Below, one piece after another: positions 12,933-26,176 of a stretch of DNA of 33,747 nucleotides. Origin of the DNA: Octopus bimaculoides (Eukaryota); contig NC_069001.1 in the NCBI RefSeq assembly GCF_001194135.2, positions 36,453,326-36,487,072 of the forward strand, in the 5' to 3' direction. The notes under the pieces were generated by a model. That model was not told where the DNA came from. It saw only the letters and a list, made by a program, of their open reading frames with translations, and made no database searches. How positions within the stretch are numbered: the first letter of the stretch is position 1; each line of letters opens with the position of its first letter. The translations under genes and the position numbers were made by a program.

Positions 12933-13135
12933 ACTAAGCCAGAAGGGAGAACTGGCAGAACTTTTGGTGCCAAGAAGGGCATTAGAACCTGTAGACCCTT
13001 TCCAAAACAGTCCCCTCATTCACCAGCTCCTGTTGCAAATTAGTTGCCCCAGTTCTCTGTTGTTACTGGATTTGTTGAGTATATAAACAAATTGGTTGCT
13101 TCTTTTCTCTGGGATTAGTCTAAATTGATGTAGAC

Positions 13136-13178
13136 ACCTCTGATGAGGACCCAATAAGGTTCAAGAATCAATTAAGGT
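13136..13178 (+). pseudogene. Decayed type I hammerhead motif of a second family
   Basis: acct CTGATGA ggacc-caataa-ggttc AAGA (GAAA expected) atcaat TA aggt: stems I and II and the CUGAUGA box are intact, the GAAA box is mutated, and stem III looks like a CpG-decayed palindrome. Confidence 0.5.
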
Positions 13179-14626
13179 TGCTCATTAGTTTTTCAATCGA
13201 TGAAGAAACAAACAGCTAAATTAGCCCTGTTTTCTGAAGAAAAAAGAAAAACTTGCTCAAGCTTATGCATAAATGCGCAGTTACTTGGCCGGCTCTTTCC
13301 TGTGGAGGCCCTTTTTTTGTCTCAGCTGTAATTACAGTGAATATACCTCTGGCAGTCGTCATGGTTTTTCAGGTTTTATCTACTGTAAATGCTTTAATGG
13401 TTTCATGTACGATTCTGAATTAATGGATGGTGGCGGCAGTGGGAGGTGAATAAACGAATTATAAAACCAAAAACAAGAAAAGAAAAACAAAACAGCTTAT
13501 ATGTATTGGGTATTGAATAATTTGACAATATATATATTTTTTGCGTTCAATGAAATGCATCAGTAAATTTTTTAGTCATATCGAATATACATATATATAT
13601 AGATGTGCGTACATTGACAGATATGTATACATGCACACACAGACACATTCAATATGAACAAAACATTTCCTCTATATTATTGAACAATATATATGTATAT
13701 GTATGCAGCTGTGTATATATGTGTATGTGTATATATATGTAGAGAGAGAACCCATCAGAATAATATTTACAGTTTTAATTCTTTATGTGAGAAGATATAA
13801 AAAAAGAACAATTGCCGGATTAATGGAATATGGATGTAAATAACTGAATGTTAATAATAATTATTATTATTATTATTATTATTATTATTGCTATTATTGA
13901 ATGAGCAGCAGAGATAACCTGTAGAGTATATCTTGTTTATTAATTACATGGAGAACGACATAGAAAAAAATTTACATTTTGTTATACTCGTTATTATTGT
14001 AGCTAGAAACTATTAATGTCATTAGTTAATTAGCTCTTGTTTAAAATGGCTAACATGCCATTTATTTCTTATTTTGTTTCTTTTGTTTTGGCTCTCTTTT
14101 TTTTTTTTTATTCCTGTCATCATTCTCCTTAATGGTATTGTCATTGTCATCATCACTGCCAGCATCATCGTCATCATCATCATCATTGCTGTCTTCGTTA
14201 TCATTAATAGTGATTTTAATTGTTCATTCCAAGAGTGTAATGGGTTAAACACAATTGGATCTTTTGTTTTGTTCTCTTGGGAGGAGGAGAATTTTTTTTT
14301 TCTTTTCTTTACTGGTTTCAGTCATTAGATTATGGCCAGGCTGGGGCAACACCTTCAAGGGTATGTTCAGTTTTTGTTTTTTTTTTATTTTTGTTTTTTC
14401 ATTGATTATATCAACGAGTGTATTGATTAGTCTTATGCTCATATTTTTATGTTTCAACTGAACGGTAAGTGCAACTGGGTTATGTCCCTTAAGAGAGTAG
14501 TGTCTCTTTCATGGACTTGAATACTGCAAAGCATTTACACCACTTTACACAAACACATATATGTCCATATCTATCTATATGTATATATATGTGTGTGTGT
14601 GTGTATATGGTATATATGTATGTATA

Positions 14627-14691
<65 letters not shown>

Positions 14692-14709
14692 GTGTATATA
14701 TGGTATATA

Positions 14710-14745
<36 letters not shown>

Positions 14746-14846
14746 CCGGAGTAAGCACATAAATGTGCAACAAGGTGGAAAAAAGAGTACTCAAATACCA
14801 GAGGTAGAGTAATATGCTTTATTTAAAAGCAGCAGAAATATAACAA

Positions 14847-14892
14847 AAAACTGTTACTCGGAGTTTCACGTTCCCGTTCATCGGACAGTTTT
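14847..14892 (-). ncRNA. Minimal type I hammerhead ribozyme motif (U4C core variant)
   Basis: The reverse complement reads aaaactgt CCGATGA acgggaacgt GAAA ctccgag TA acagtttt, with all three stems intact. Confidence 0.75.
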
Positions 14893-14909
14893 GAAATGCA
14901 TCAGTAAAG

Positions 14910-14955
14910 AAAACTGTCCGATGAATGGAAATGTGAAACTCCGAGTAACAGTTTT
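14910..14955 (+). ncRNA. Minimal type I hammerhead motif with CpG-decayed stem II
   Basis: aaaactgt CCGATGA atggaaatgt GAAA ctccgag TA acagtttt; stem II acg/cgt has become atg/tgt. Confidence 0.6.
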
Positions 14956-15545
14956 CTTTATGTTTCTGCTGCTTTAAAATAAAGTATATATATGTATATA
15001 TATATATGTATGATGCAGTCATGAACATGAAGTGTGTGTGTATGTGTATACACCACTTTTTTCTTGTTCAAAACTAATATCAAATGTTTGTATTCTTTTC
15101 ATTATTTCGTTCACATAGCTGTTATTCTTTCTCATATGCAGTCTTCATTAAAAGAAGAAAACGTACGGCTTCCTTGTAAATATTTCATTTCCATTGTTGG
15201 TTATGGGTTGATTAGGTCTGTAAATATTAATACTTGCATCCACACATTACTTTCAGATCTTACATTGAGCCACATTAGAAATAAATATAACATAAATTTG
15301 GAAATGAATTCTGCGTTGCACCATTTTTCTAACAAACATTTTAAATTTTGGTCACAGCTGCTGCCTTTTAAATAAATGGGGAAAAAATCTACCAATTATT
15401 ATCAGTTTTACTAGTTTAGTAAACATTATAAATTCTATATTTCTATGCCTTTTCGTTCATTCTCTGCTGCTAATAATGGTTGGTCTGTTGAACGGTAAAC
15501 ACTAAATTGATATTAGAAACAAAATTCTTGAGTTTTATTCAACTA

Positions 15546-15910
15546 GAGTGGCTGTGTGCTAAGTAGCTTGCTAACCAACCACATGGTTCTGGGTTCAGTC
15601 CCACTGTGTGGCACCTTGGGCAAGTGTCTTCTACTATAGTCTCAGGCCAACCAAAGCCTTGTGAATGAATTTGGTAGACGGAAACTGAAAGAAGCTTATC
15701 ATATATGTGTGCATTCATCTACATGAGTGCATCTAATTGCCCCCCCCCCCGTCATCGCTTCTTAACTGGTGTTGGTGTGTTTACATTCCCATAACTTAGC
15801 AGTTCAGCAAATGAGACCAATAGAATAAGTATTAGGCTTTAAAAAAAAAAGCCCTGGGTTTAGTTTGTTCGACTAAAATCCTTCGAGGTGGTGTTCCAGC
15901 ATGGCCAGAG
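15546..15910 (+). mobile_element. tRNA-derived SINE family B, near full length
   Basis: tggctgtgtgctaag A-box, ggttcagtccc B-box, ccttgggcaagtgtcttctactatag core, 3' ccagcatggcc. Confidence 0.8.
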
Positions 15911-16559
15911 TTGTCACTTGCCCGCGGTACCACATTCTAGAATTGAAACCAAAACCACAAGGCCATGCCTGATGTTTCAAACATACGTACTAAACAGCAA
16001 TTATTATAAATAATGAAGATGATTGCGGTTATTTACTCAGCCAGTTCTCCTAATTATGTATTAACGAGTGGTTTTTATATCAGGGAAAGAAGTAACAAAA
16101 AACGGTAATGAAATCATTAATTGGTCATGCTGAGAAATCTTAGTCCAATAAATTCCAGTATCGGTTATACATTATTTCTTCAATGTGGGTTTTATACATA
16201 TATATATATATATATATATACATACACACACACACACAGACGTGTATGTGTATGTATATGTTTTTTTTTTTTATATCGTTTGCGACATGATTATGGAGTT
16301 AACCTTTCTGTGATTTGTATAAAATCTTCATCGGAAACCGACCAAATATTGATTTTCTTTTTTTCTTTTACTTTTCCCCCAAGTCGTAACTGAATCAGCT
16401 GCTAATTTGAAGTCGAAGTCATTTGTGTTTATTATGATGTTCATCTTCGTTAAAAGTGCAAAAGTGCAACACAAAAAAAAAAAGAACATTAACACCAGAT
16501 TTATCGTTAAGTTTGAAAATAATTGACATATACCAGAGATCATTATTATTATTATTTAA

Positions 16560-16800
16560 GGTGGTGAGCTGGCAGAATCTTTAGCATTCAAAGCAAAATG
16601 CTTAGCTATATTTCACGTCACTATGTTCTGAGTTCAAATTCCGCCGAAGTCGACTTTGGCTTTCATCCTTTCACGGTTAATAAATTAAGTATCCATTACA
16701 CTCTAGGGTTGATCAATTAAGTAGCCGTTATGTGCTGGGGGTGATGCAATCAGCTATCTACCTCTTCTAAACTTCAGGCTTTGTGCCTATAGTAGAAAGG

Positions 16801-16836
<36 letters not shown>

Positions 16837-17160
16837 AGGCGGTTAGCACGCCAGGTGAAATGCTTAACAGTATTTCGTCTGTCTGTACATTCTGAGTTCA
16901 AATTCTACCGAGGTTGACTTTGCCTTTCATCCTTTCAGGGTGATAAATTAAGTACCAGTTGTGTACTGGGGTTGATCTAATCAACTGGGCCCCCTCCCTC
17001 AAAATTTTGTTACTTGTGCCTAGAGTAGAAAATATTAATATTATTATTATAAGGGTGGCAAATTGGCCGAATTTTTAACATGCCAGACAAAATGCTTAGC
17101 AGTATTTCATCCATTTCTATATTCTGAGTTGAAATTACACCAAGGTTGACTTTGCCGTTC
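16560..17160 (+). mobile_element. Three head-to-tail SINE family A copies (16560-16800, 16838-17035, 17053-17160) separated by (ATT)n
   Basis: Pol III A-box (tggcagaatc) and B-box (gagttcaaattc) like motifs plus a shared body sequence. Confidence 0.85.
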
Positions 17161-17826
17161 GTAAACTGCTCCACTCCAACCTTATTAAACTTCACACTTT
17201 GCTTATAAACTGTTACATTGGCCATCATCTCTTTCCTTTTCATTTGAGATTTTTCTCATATTTTAACCTTTTTTCCCCTATTTTTCCCCATTAATTCATA
17301 TTTCTCTAACACTAATTTATATTCCTTTCTAACATTCAAAAACCATTTTTTGATCACATCTACATTGAAATTTTATACTTCTGCCGTCCTGCCTTTCTCT
17401 CAAAATTCCTATTGATTTTTAACATATGAATTTTATTTTACATACATACATATATGGAATGATAATAATAATAATGATGATAATAATAATAATTTTAATA
17501 TTAATCTGAATAAAAATGTTCATGGAAAACGAAATGGAGCTGATAATGAGTGGCAAATATGCATCAGTCTCAACAAGAAAGGCGCATGCATTTCTCCATT
17601 TGGGTTTGTCAGGGTTGAATAACATAAATCTTCCTGTTGCTTTTAAAAACTTGTCACTTCAATGTCACTATAATCATGTCACCCGCCTGAGGAAATATTC
17701 ACATATGTATATATGCATATCTATATATATATATACATACATATATATATGTGTGTGTGCACACACATATGCATATGTATATATGCATATATAGTAATAT
17801 ATAGTAATGCCCTTATATAAATATGC

Positions 17827-17863
<37 letters not shown>

Positions 17864-18167
17864 TGTGTGTTATCATTTGATTGCACATTGCCTCGGAGAT
17901 GTGCTTTCATTAAAAAGCCATGTTTTCCATTTGCTGTTTTGTCTAATTTTGTAAAATCTAAATTAATTTGCCTTTGGCTTACTTAACGATCATCGTCATC
18001 TATATTTTCACAGTCTTCATTTTCTTTTATTACATGCTCTCACACACATACACACACACACGCTTCTCTGTCTGCATCTATTTACTTAGCTCTGTATGTA
18101 TATGTGTGGTCTGTGTATGAGTGTGGGTATGAGGGTATATGGGTGGATATATGTGTGCGTGTCTTTG

Positions 18168-18201
<34 letters not shown>

Positions 18202-18421
18202 TACACTGACATACACATAGATTAATATTTATATATATATATGTGTGTATGTACACATACATACATGCACATAAACCCCCCCACACACACACACACACAC
18301 ACATATGGACTAAGATATGTGTGTGTGTATATGTAGATATCTATGTATGTATATCTATATGTATATAGACTCTCACATAAACACATGCAATCACAAATAG
18401 AGGTTAAGATATCTGTGTGCT

Positions 18422-18458
<37 letters not shown>

Positions 18459-18513
18459 GTGTGTGTCTGTAGATAAATAGATATTTGTATGCGTGTGGCT
18501 ATATGCATGTCTC

Positions 18514-18553
<40 letters not shown>

Positions 18554-18899
18554 TGTCTTAAAGTTGGAACATGGGTGACAAAAAAAAAAATCAACATTTT
18601 GTTTATTGTTCTTTTTCTTTTTTTCTTACTCTCTTGTTATTTCTGTGGAAACTTGGAAACGGTAAACAACAAGAAACCTTGACATTTCACGTTTGTTGAT
18701 GTCTTAAGAACGTTTCCGAAATGGCTTTTACTGAAAAATTGTTCCTAATCCATCATCATTTCTTCTTCAAATCTATCCCTAGACATTTTCAAAATATTCC
18801 TTCCAATATTTACATATTGATTATTAAATTCCATTTTATAGATCTTTAATCAAACTCTTTCAGTGAAAATATTTCTTGTTCTTCGCATAATTGGTCTCT

Positions 18900-19158
18900 G
18901 TTTATGCGTGTATATGTATGGGTGTTTGTGTGTATATTTATTCATGCGTATATCTGTGCTTACATCTTCATGTGTGTTTGTGTGTGTGTGTGTGTGTGTT
19001 TATGTATGTATGTTTTTGTGTCTATGTTTGCATACATGTGTGTGGATAAGTTTGTGCGCATGTTTGTGTGTGTGTGTGTGTGTGTGTATGTATACATGTT
19101 TATGTAAGTATTTTCATGTGTATTTGTGTGTGTCTCTTTGAGTGCATGTATGTCTGTT

Positions 19159-19205
<47 letters not shown>

Positions 19206-19290
19206 ATACATGTTTATGTAAGTATTTTCATGTGTATTTGTGTGTGTGTGCATGTATGTCTGTTTGTGTGTGTGTGTGTGTGTGTCTATG
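18900..19290. repeat. (TG)n-rich low-complexity tract with an internal duplication
   Basis: tatgtatacatgtttatgtaagtattttcatgtgtatttgtgtgtgt occurs at ~19087 and ~19201. Confidence 0.85.
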
Positions 19291-19764
19291 CAAAATGTAA
19301 TGGCTGAGAGTAATAAACAAAAACAGTTCTTTGTTTCATATTATGAGTTCAAATCCTGGTCAAGTTAGCTCCAGACTTTTTTTTCGTTTTCCTTTGTGTG
19401 TGTGAATTGAGTTGCCTTGATAAGCTAAGTACCATTTATGTCCTTGCATTGTTCTTTGAACAGCCATATCTTCTGTACCAAAATATTTTCTGGGGTGTAG
19501 TTCCAGTTTTAGAAATTCCTATAGTTGTGATTATGAAAGGGGAATATGGATGCATATGCACACACGCATGCACAAATACTCATGTATGAGCGCATATGTC
19601 TTTTAAATGTTTTGAAGGCAAAAATATATTTTTCTTGAAATGTAAAGAATGGAAGAATGTTCTGTGAGTCTTTATGTTTCTCTTTTACATTCATCTGATT
19701 ATCTGTATCTTACATTCAATTGACACGTCTCCCTTGAAACCAGAAAATATCACATATATATAAA

Positions 19765-19814
<50 letters not shown>

Positions 19815-20987
19815 NNNNNNNNNNNNNNNNNNNNNNNNNNNNNNNNNNNNNNNNNNNNNNNNNNNNNNNNNNNNNNNNNNNNNNNNNNNNNNNNNNNNNN
19901 NNNNNNNNNNNNNNNNNNNNNNNNNNNNNNNNNNNNNNNNNNNNNNNNNNNNNNNNNNNNNNNNNNNNNNNNNNNNNNNNNNNNNNNNNNNNNNNNNNNN
20001 NNNNNNNNNNNNNNNNNNNNNNNNNNNNNNNNNNNNNNNNNNNNNNNNNNNNNNNNNNNNNNNNNNNNNNNNNNNNNNNNNNNNNNNNNNNNNNNNNNNN
20101 NNNNNNNNNNNNNNNNNNNNNNNNNNNNNNNNNNNNNNNNNNNNNNNNNNNNNNNNTATGCATGTGTGGGTATATATGTGTTATATATATATAAATATAC
20201 ACACACATATATACGCAGAAGTATATATATATATATATATATATATATAAGCTTTTAACGATAGTTCATTTCTCTTTTTGTCAGTTCTTATCATCATCAT
20301 TTTCGTTCTAAAAAACTTTCTATAACTTTCTATAATTCTTAATATTTCCTTTGTATATTATTATCATTTATTTTAATTTTAATTTTTTTTTTTTTATCAC
20401 TATATTATATTTCCATTTAAAAATACATTTTTAAAATTACGAAAGACCCGCAAGACATGAGAGCAACATAGCAGGGAGCTGGTTATATTTTGTTAATGAA
20501 TATAAATCTATATCATTTTCTTTATCTTTGATTAAATATATTTAAAGATTCGGGTGAGGGTGGTGGGTGGTTGGGGGTGGGTTGATGAGAAAAACAATTT
20601 CTTGTAGAAAAATTTACTTAACATCAACAATATTCATCTATTTAACATCATATTCTGGTCTAAAACTTCCATTTCATTTTGTATTTTTGTTTTGCACACA
20701 CACACACACACACACAGACACCCGCATACATGCACACATATACATACACACACATGCACACACACGCATACATATACACACACACACACATTTACACACT
20801 TATATATATACACACATATGTACACATGCACACACACACATCCAGCTTTTTGGAAACCTTTTCCATTCTTATTGATGTCTCACGTTTGCAATACACAGCT
20901 TCTCTGAATTCAAAAATGCAACATTTAAAAGGAGTTTTAGATCCTTAAAATAAAAAGTAGAATTTATTTTGCTAGCACCATAACTAA

Positions 20988-21282
20988 TTTAAAATGAGAA
21001 TATCTGACATAAACTCAACTGTTTTCACAAACAAGAATACTAAAAATGGACCCAACCACTCTCAAAAATTAAGTAAAAAAGCAGGTAAAATAATCTAGAA
21101 TCCTTGTCGGGTACCAGATCAATCCCAAGATCTAATCAGTTTGTGCCAGTCATGAGGCCAAACATCCCTGAAAGTTTCATCCAAATCCATCCAGCAGTTC
21201 TTGAGATATCTTGTCCACGGACAAAATCAACAAACAAACCCAACTGAAAACAATACCTCTGCCTTCGCTAAGGGGGAGGTAA
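20988..21282 (+). mobile_element. 5'-truncated copy of the Helentron-type element
   Basis: Colinear with ~6950-7230 from aaaatgagaatatctga to the terminal hairpin tacctctgccttcgctaagggggaggtaa. Confidence 0.65.
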
Positions 21283-21544
21283 TGATGTTTTCTTTGTTTA
21301 CCGCTAAGGGTTCACAAAAAAGAAACACGGACGGTACTGGACAATTATAGTGTGGGGTTACATAAATAGAAGTGTGTAAAACAGTGAAAATGGTGATTAT
21401 AAATTCTAATAAAAATAATGATTATAATGATAGTAATGATGATGATGATGTTGATAATATTCGTGTTAATGTCTCAGTTATTTGGAAATCCTTATGTAAG
21501 AGGTTTTGGTAATCAAATGATAAATCTCTTTCAATGATGTTTTC

Positions 21545-21719
21545 TCACACACACACACACACAATGCATGCACAGAGACACACACACATGCATACACAGA
21601 CACACACATGCATACACAGACACACATGCATGCACAAACACACACACATGCTTGCACAGAGACACCCACACATACACGCATGCACAGACACACACATGCA
21701 TGCACAGAGACACACACAT

Positions 21720-21755
<36 letters not shown>
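21545..21755. repeat. (CA)n-derived minisatellite (tgcatgcacagagacacacaca-like units)
   Basis: Repeated ~20-22 nt units visible directly. Confidence 0.85.
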
Positions 21756-21757
<2 letters not shown>

Positions 21758-22620
21758 TCCAATTGGTTTCTTTGGTCAGAGAAATATATCTTCAAAGAAT
21801 CTTTTTTATCAAACTTGTAGTAACAGCTGTTTTGTTTTATAGACACACACACACACGTACACATATATCTTTGTANNNNNNNNNNGGGGGGGGGGGTAAA
21901 TAAGTATATGTATATGCATGTGTGTCTATATATATATATATAAATATATATAAACACATGCATATATATATATATACACATACACACACACACATGCATG
22001 TGTAGTCTCTGCGAGATAGAGGAAAAAAACCCATTCCACTAAGCGCCATGGTAGACACTGTTATTTCAATTCTCCTTTTTACCTGAAACCATCTTTCATT
22101 TTGCAATCACTCCATCTGGCTCACCTCCATATACGATTGCAGATGTTGTGTTAAATGTTCTTACTCTATCAAAGAACAACAAAATCCAAAAAAGACAATA
22201 ACAAAACAAAAGAAATTTCTTGAGAAAAATCAATAAAATTCTTTGATATACTTTATGTGATATTGCTTATTGGTAGGTGAAAACACTTTGATAGAAATTT
22301 CTTGTCGTCGTTGTAAAAAAAATAAAAATTCTTTGGCATATTGTTAATCTCTTGATACAACTTTCCAAAGACATTCTGCAACTCTGCTGTTAACATGATT
22401 CTCTGACTGCTGCCTTACCGAAAGATAAACTGTTTAGAATTTCTAAAGTCTAAAGATTAACATCATGTTCCGACCATCTTTGAGTTCATGTGAAGAATTT
22501 CCTGTTTTATTTTGTGTATTTTACCGGGGATGTTATTGTTGTTTTGTTGTTTTCTTTCTTTTTTCCTTTTTTCTTTTTTTTTTCTTTTTGTTAGATTCTA
22601 TCTGTTTTTTTTATATATTC

Positions 22621-22771
22621 TGGTTGTGTGCTTAAGAAGTTTGCTTTGTAAAAACAACCACATGGTTGCAGGTTCAGTCCCACTACCTGGCACCTTAGGC
22701 TTGCATCTTAGAACTGACCAATGCCTTGGAAGAGAATTTGGTAAATGGAAACAGAGTGGAAGCCCATCATG
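22621..22771 (+). mobile_element. SINE family B, 5' half
   Basis: caaccacatggttgcaggttcagtcccact...ggcaccttagg, shared with the 15546 copy. Confidence 0.75.
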
Positions 22772-22827
22772 TGTGTGTGCATATGTACATGTATGTGTAT
22801 GTATATATAAATGTGTATGTATACATC

Positions 22828-22860
<33 letters not shown>

Positions 22861-22876
22861 ATATGTATAATTGAGT

Positions 22877-23196
22877 GGTACTCAATCGGATACGACAATG
22901 AAGGTCCCTGTTGATCCACTCAACAGAACAGCCTGCTCATGAAATTAATGGGGAAGTGGCCGAATACTCCACAGACACGTGTACCTTTAATATAGTTCTC
23001 AGAGAGATTCAGCGTGACACAGAGTGTGACAATGCTGGCCCCTTTGAATTACAGGTACAACTTATTTTAGCCAGCTGAGTGAACTGGAGCAATGTGAAAT
23101 AAAGTGTCTTGCTCAAGGACACAACATCCTGCTAAGAATTGAACTCAAGACCTTACAATTGTGAGCCGGATACCGTAACCACTATGCCACATGCCC
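22877..23196 (-). mobile_element. tRNA-derived SINE family C
   Basis: The minus strand starts gggcatgtggcatagtggtta (A-box), then gagttcaattc (B-box), then gtgtccttgagcaagacact. Confidence 0.8.
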
Positions 23197-23334
23197 ATAT
23201 ATATATGTGTGTGTGTGTATGTATGTATGTATATATCATTAAAAGGGTGAAATTATGATTTTTGGACAATAACTTGAGGGAAAAGCATATCCACATCGTA
23301 TGTGTAATTTTTTTATCTTCTATATGTATACACA

Positions 23335-23497
23335 CAACAGGCTTCCACACAGTTTCCATCTATCAAATTTACTTGCAAGGTATTGATCAGCCCAAGGCTA
23401 TAGTAGAAGACACTTGCCCAAGGTGCCACACCGTGGGAGTGAACCTGAAACCACATGTCTACAAAGCGAGCTTCCCGACCACCCAGTTATATTTGTC
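23335..23497 (-). mobile_element. SINE family B, 5' half, reverse orientation
   Basis: tatagtagaagacacttgcccaaggtgccac is the exact reverse complement of the core in the 15546 copy. Confidence 0.8.
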
Positions 23498-24045
23498 CAA
23501 GTTCTTGATTATTTTCAAGATTAACTGAAACACATAGACAATGTGTATTTTAACAGGAATATAAGCAAAAAAAAATTTTGTCTGTTGACTTATAGTACCA
23601 GCAACAATATAGTACCAGCACCAGGATTTGATCTACTAATCTCTTGTTTAGTTGTTGAATATGCCTTCAAGAAAAACTTATTTTAAAAAACTATATAAAT
23701 AACAACCATTATGTCTGTCACTCTTTAAGGCCATTTCTTTATAAATTTGATTTCAGTGAAATTTATTGAAGAATTTGGTAAATTTTTGTAGGAGTTCTTT
23801 TGTTAAGTGTTTTTTTGTTTTTTTATTATTATTTAATCTTTATTTCAATTCCAGGCCAATCTAAAAGAGAAAGAAATTTTTAATTACCTACATTAGAATA
23901 TTAAATTGAAGAAATATATGAAAGAAATCTTTCTTTTAAATTGAGCAAAATATGGAACAGTGCTTCCAAAAGGTTACAAAAGTTTAATCCGTTTAGGTCC
24001 AAATGTTTCGATAAACACAATCTATTGAAGCACTTCATACGCACA

Positions 24046-24080
<35 letters not shown>

Positions 24081-24411
24081 CCACACATACACACACACAC
24101 GAGGAATACAACAAGAATGTTTTCTATAAGCAATCATTACAAAAGAACTGAAAGACCTTGAATTTGAAAGTAATATATTAAATTAATATGGAACTATGTG
24201 GACTAAAAGGATTTTGGAAAAATCGAATCCAGACAAATATGATAAATATTAATAATGATGAGTTTATTGTATCCAGTGCTCAGGCAGTATTTTAAGATAT
24301 ATGTGTGTGTGTGTGTGCCTCTAATTGTTTTGAAATTCAGGAAGCTAACATATATATATGTATGTGTGCATATGCATATATATGTGTATATATATATATG
24401 TATATATATAT

Positions 24412-24679
24412 ATCATCATCATCATCATCATCATCGTTTAACGTCCGCTTTCCATGCTAGCATGGGTTGGACGATTTGACTGAGGACTGGTGAAACCGGA
24501 TGGCAACACCAGGCTCCAGTCTGATTTGGCAGAGTTTCTACAGCTGGATGCCCTTCCTAACGCCAACCACTCAGAGAGTGTAGTGGGTGCTTTTACGTGT
24601 CACCCGCACGAAAACGGCCACGCTCGAAATGGTGTCTTTTATGTGCCACCCGCACAAGCCAGTCCAGGGGCACTGGCAA
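24412..24679 (-). mobile_element. Retroposon 3' end, family D, with (ATG)n tail on the minus strand
   Basis: About 105 bp near-identical to 4017-4125; starts in (CAT)n and is flanked by (TA)n. Confidence 0.75.
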
Positions 24680-25195
24680 ATATATATGATGAATTTTAAA
24701 AGATTTCTAATTGTGTGTATGTATATATACGTCGAAAGTATTCCAGATACTTCGTTACTTATACACTGTGTCACAATAATAACTCGTTTCACTAATTAAG
24801 TGATTAGATTCCACTCGTTTATATAAAAAAGCTAAACAACATATAAACCCCCAGACAGGCAAACACTTACATACAAAGAAATTTTACCCAAAAATATCCA
24901 AGAATTTCACCATAGCCATTTTTCCCCCTGACCCTTCCCGTGTATATTTACGTATACACATTGTAAGATCTTTGTAGAAAGAGAGAAAAAGGGAGAGAAA
25001 TTATAAAGTATTGTTAAAGGTCTTTTTTTTTTAATTTTTTATGATACTTTTACTTTTTTTATATAAAAGTTCATCACTGGATTCTCATATTAATTACATT
25101 CATTAATCTTGTGTGCCTTTGTTTTTGTTGATTTATTTATTCCTCTTACTGTATTCTTCTTCTTATTATTGTTATTATTATTACTATTATTATTA

Positions 25196-25244
<49 letters not shown>

Positions 25245-25595
25245 GGTGGTGAGCTGGCAGAATTGTTAACATGCTGAGCAGCCTTTTATGTTCTGAGTTC
25301 AAATTCTGCCAGGGTTGACTTTGCCTCTCATCCTTTCAGGGGTCGACAAAATAAATGCCAGTTGCCCCCCTCACCCGATATTTCAGACCTCGTGCCGATA
25401 TTCGAAGGGACTTTTATGGCGGTGCGGTGGCAGAATTGTTAGCACATTGGACAAAATGCTTAGCAGCATCCCATCCATCTTTATGGTCAAAGTTCAAATT
25501 TTGCCAAGGTCAGCTCAGTGTTTCAGTTGATCACTGAGATTGATGTAATTGACTCGCGTCCCCAAAATTTCAAGCCTTGTATCTATAATAGAAAG
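25245..25595 (+). mobile_element. Two head-to-tail SINE family A copies (25245-25405, 25418-25595)
   Basis: Same head (ggtggtgagctggcagaa / ggcggtgcggtggcagaa) and B-box; preceded by a long (ATT)n. Confidence 0.8.
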
Positions 25596-25864
25596 GATAA
25601 TTATTATTTTTATTATTCTGTTTCTTTTTACTATTATTGTTATTATATTATTATTTTTCTTATCAACATTCTTCTTTTTGTCCTATTTATTACTACTACT
25701 ACTACTACTATCATTTTGGTTCTTATTGTTATTATTTTTATTATGTTTTCTTATCAACTTTCTTCTTATTTTAATTAGTATCATTATTGTCATCAATGTT
25801 TATAGTTATTGTTGTCATTCTTCTTCTTCTTCTTATTATTATTATTATTATTATTATCAGATAA

Positions 25865-26077
25865 GGTGGTGAGCTGGCAGAATCGTTAGTATGCCAGATG
25901 AAATGCTTAGTGGTACTTCACCCATCGGTCCATTCTGAGTTCAAATTCCTCCGAGGTCGACTTTACCATTCATCCTTTAGGTCGATAAAATAAGTACCAG
26001 TTTTACACTGGGGTCGATGTAATCGACTCATCCCTTCCCCCAAAATTGCTGCCCTTGTGGCAAAATTTGAAACCATT
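25865..26077 (+). mobile_element. Full-length SINE family A
   Basis: ggtggtgagctggcagaatcgttag...gagttcaaattc...gtcgataaaataagtaccag...ttgaaaccatt; the best-preserved copy. Confidence 0.9.
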
Positions 26078-26089
26078 TTTATTATTCCG

Positions 26090-26093
26090 GATC

Positions 26094-26126
<33 letters not shown>

Positions 26127-26144
26127 CTTTTCTTAACATTCTTA

Positions 26145-26176
<32 letters not shown>

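Larger units (their letters stand above)
14746..14988. mobile_element. Fold-back (inverted) Penelope-like terminal repeat remnant, copy 1
   Basis: The left part is near-identical to 29250-29394. Inverted arms ~14813-14892 and 14910-14988 with a 17-nt spacer, embedded in (TA)n. Confidence 0.65.

Noticed and set aside
22877-23196. tRNA-like heads here and at 32175-32390 as tRNA genes
   Set aside because: They continue into SINE core sequence, lack a complete cloverleaf and are decayed.
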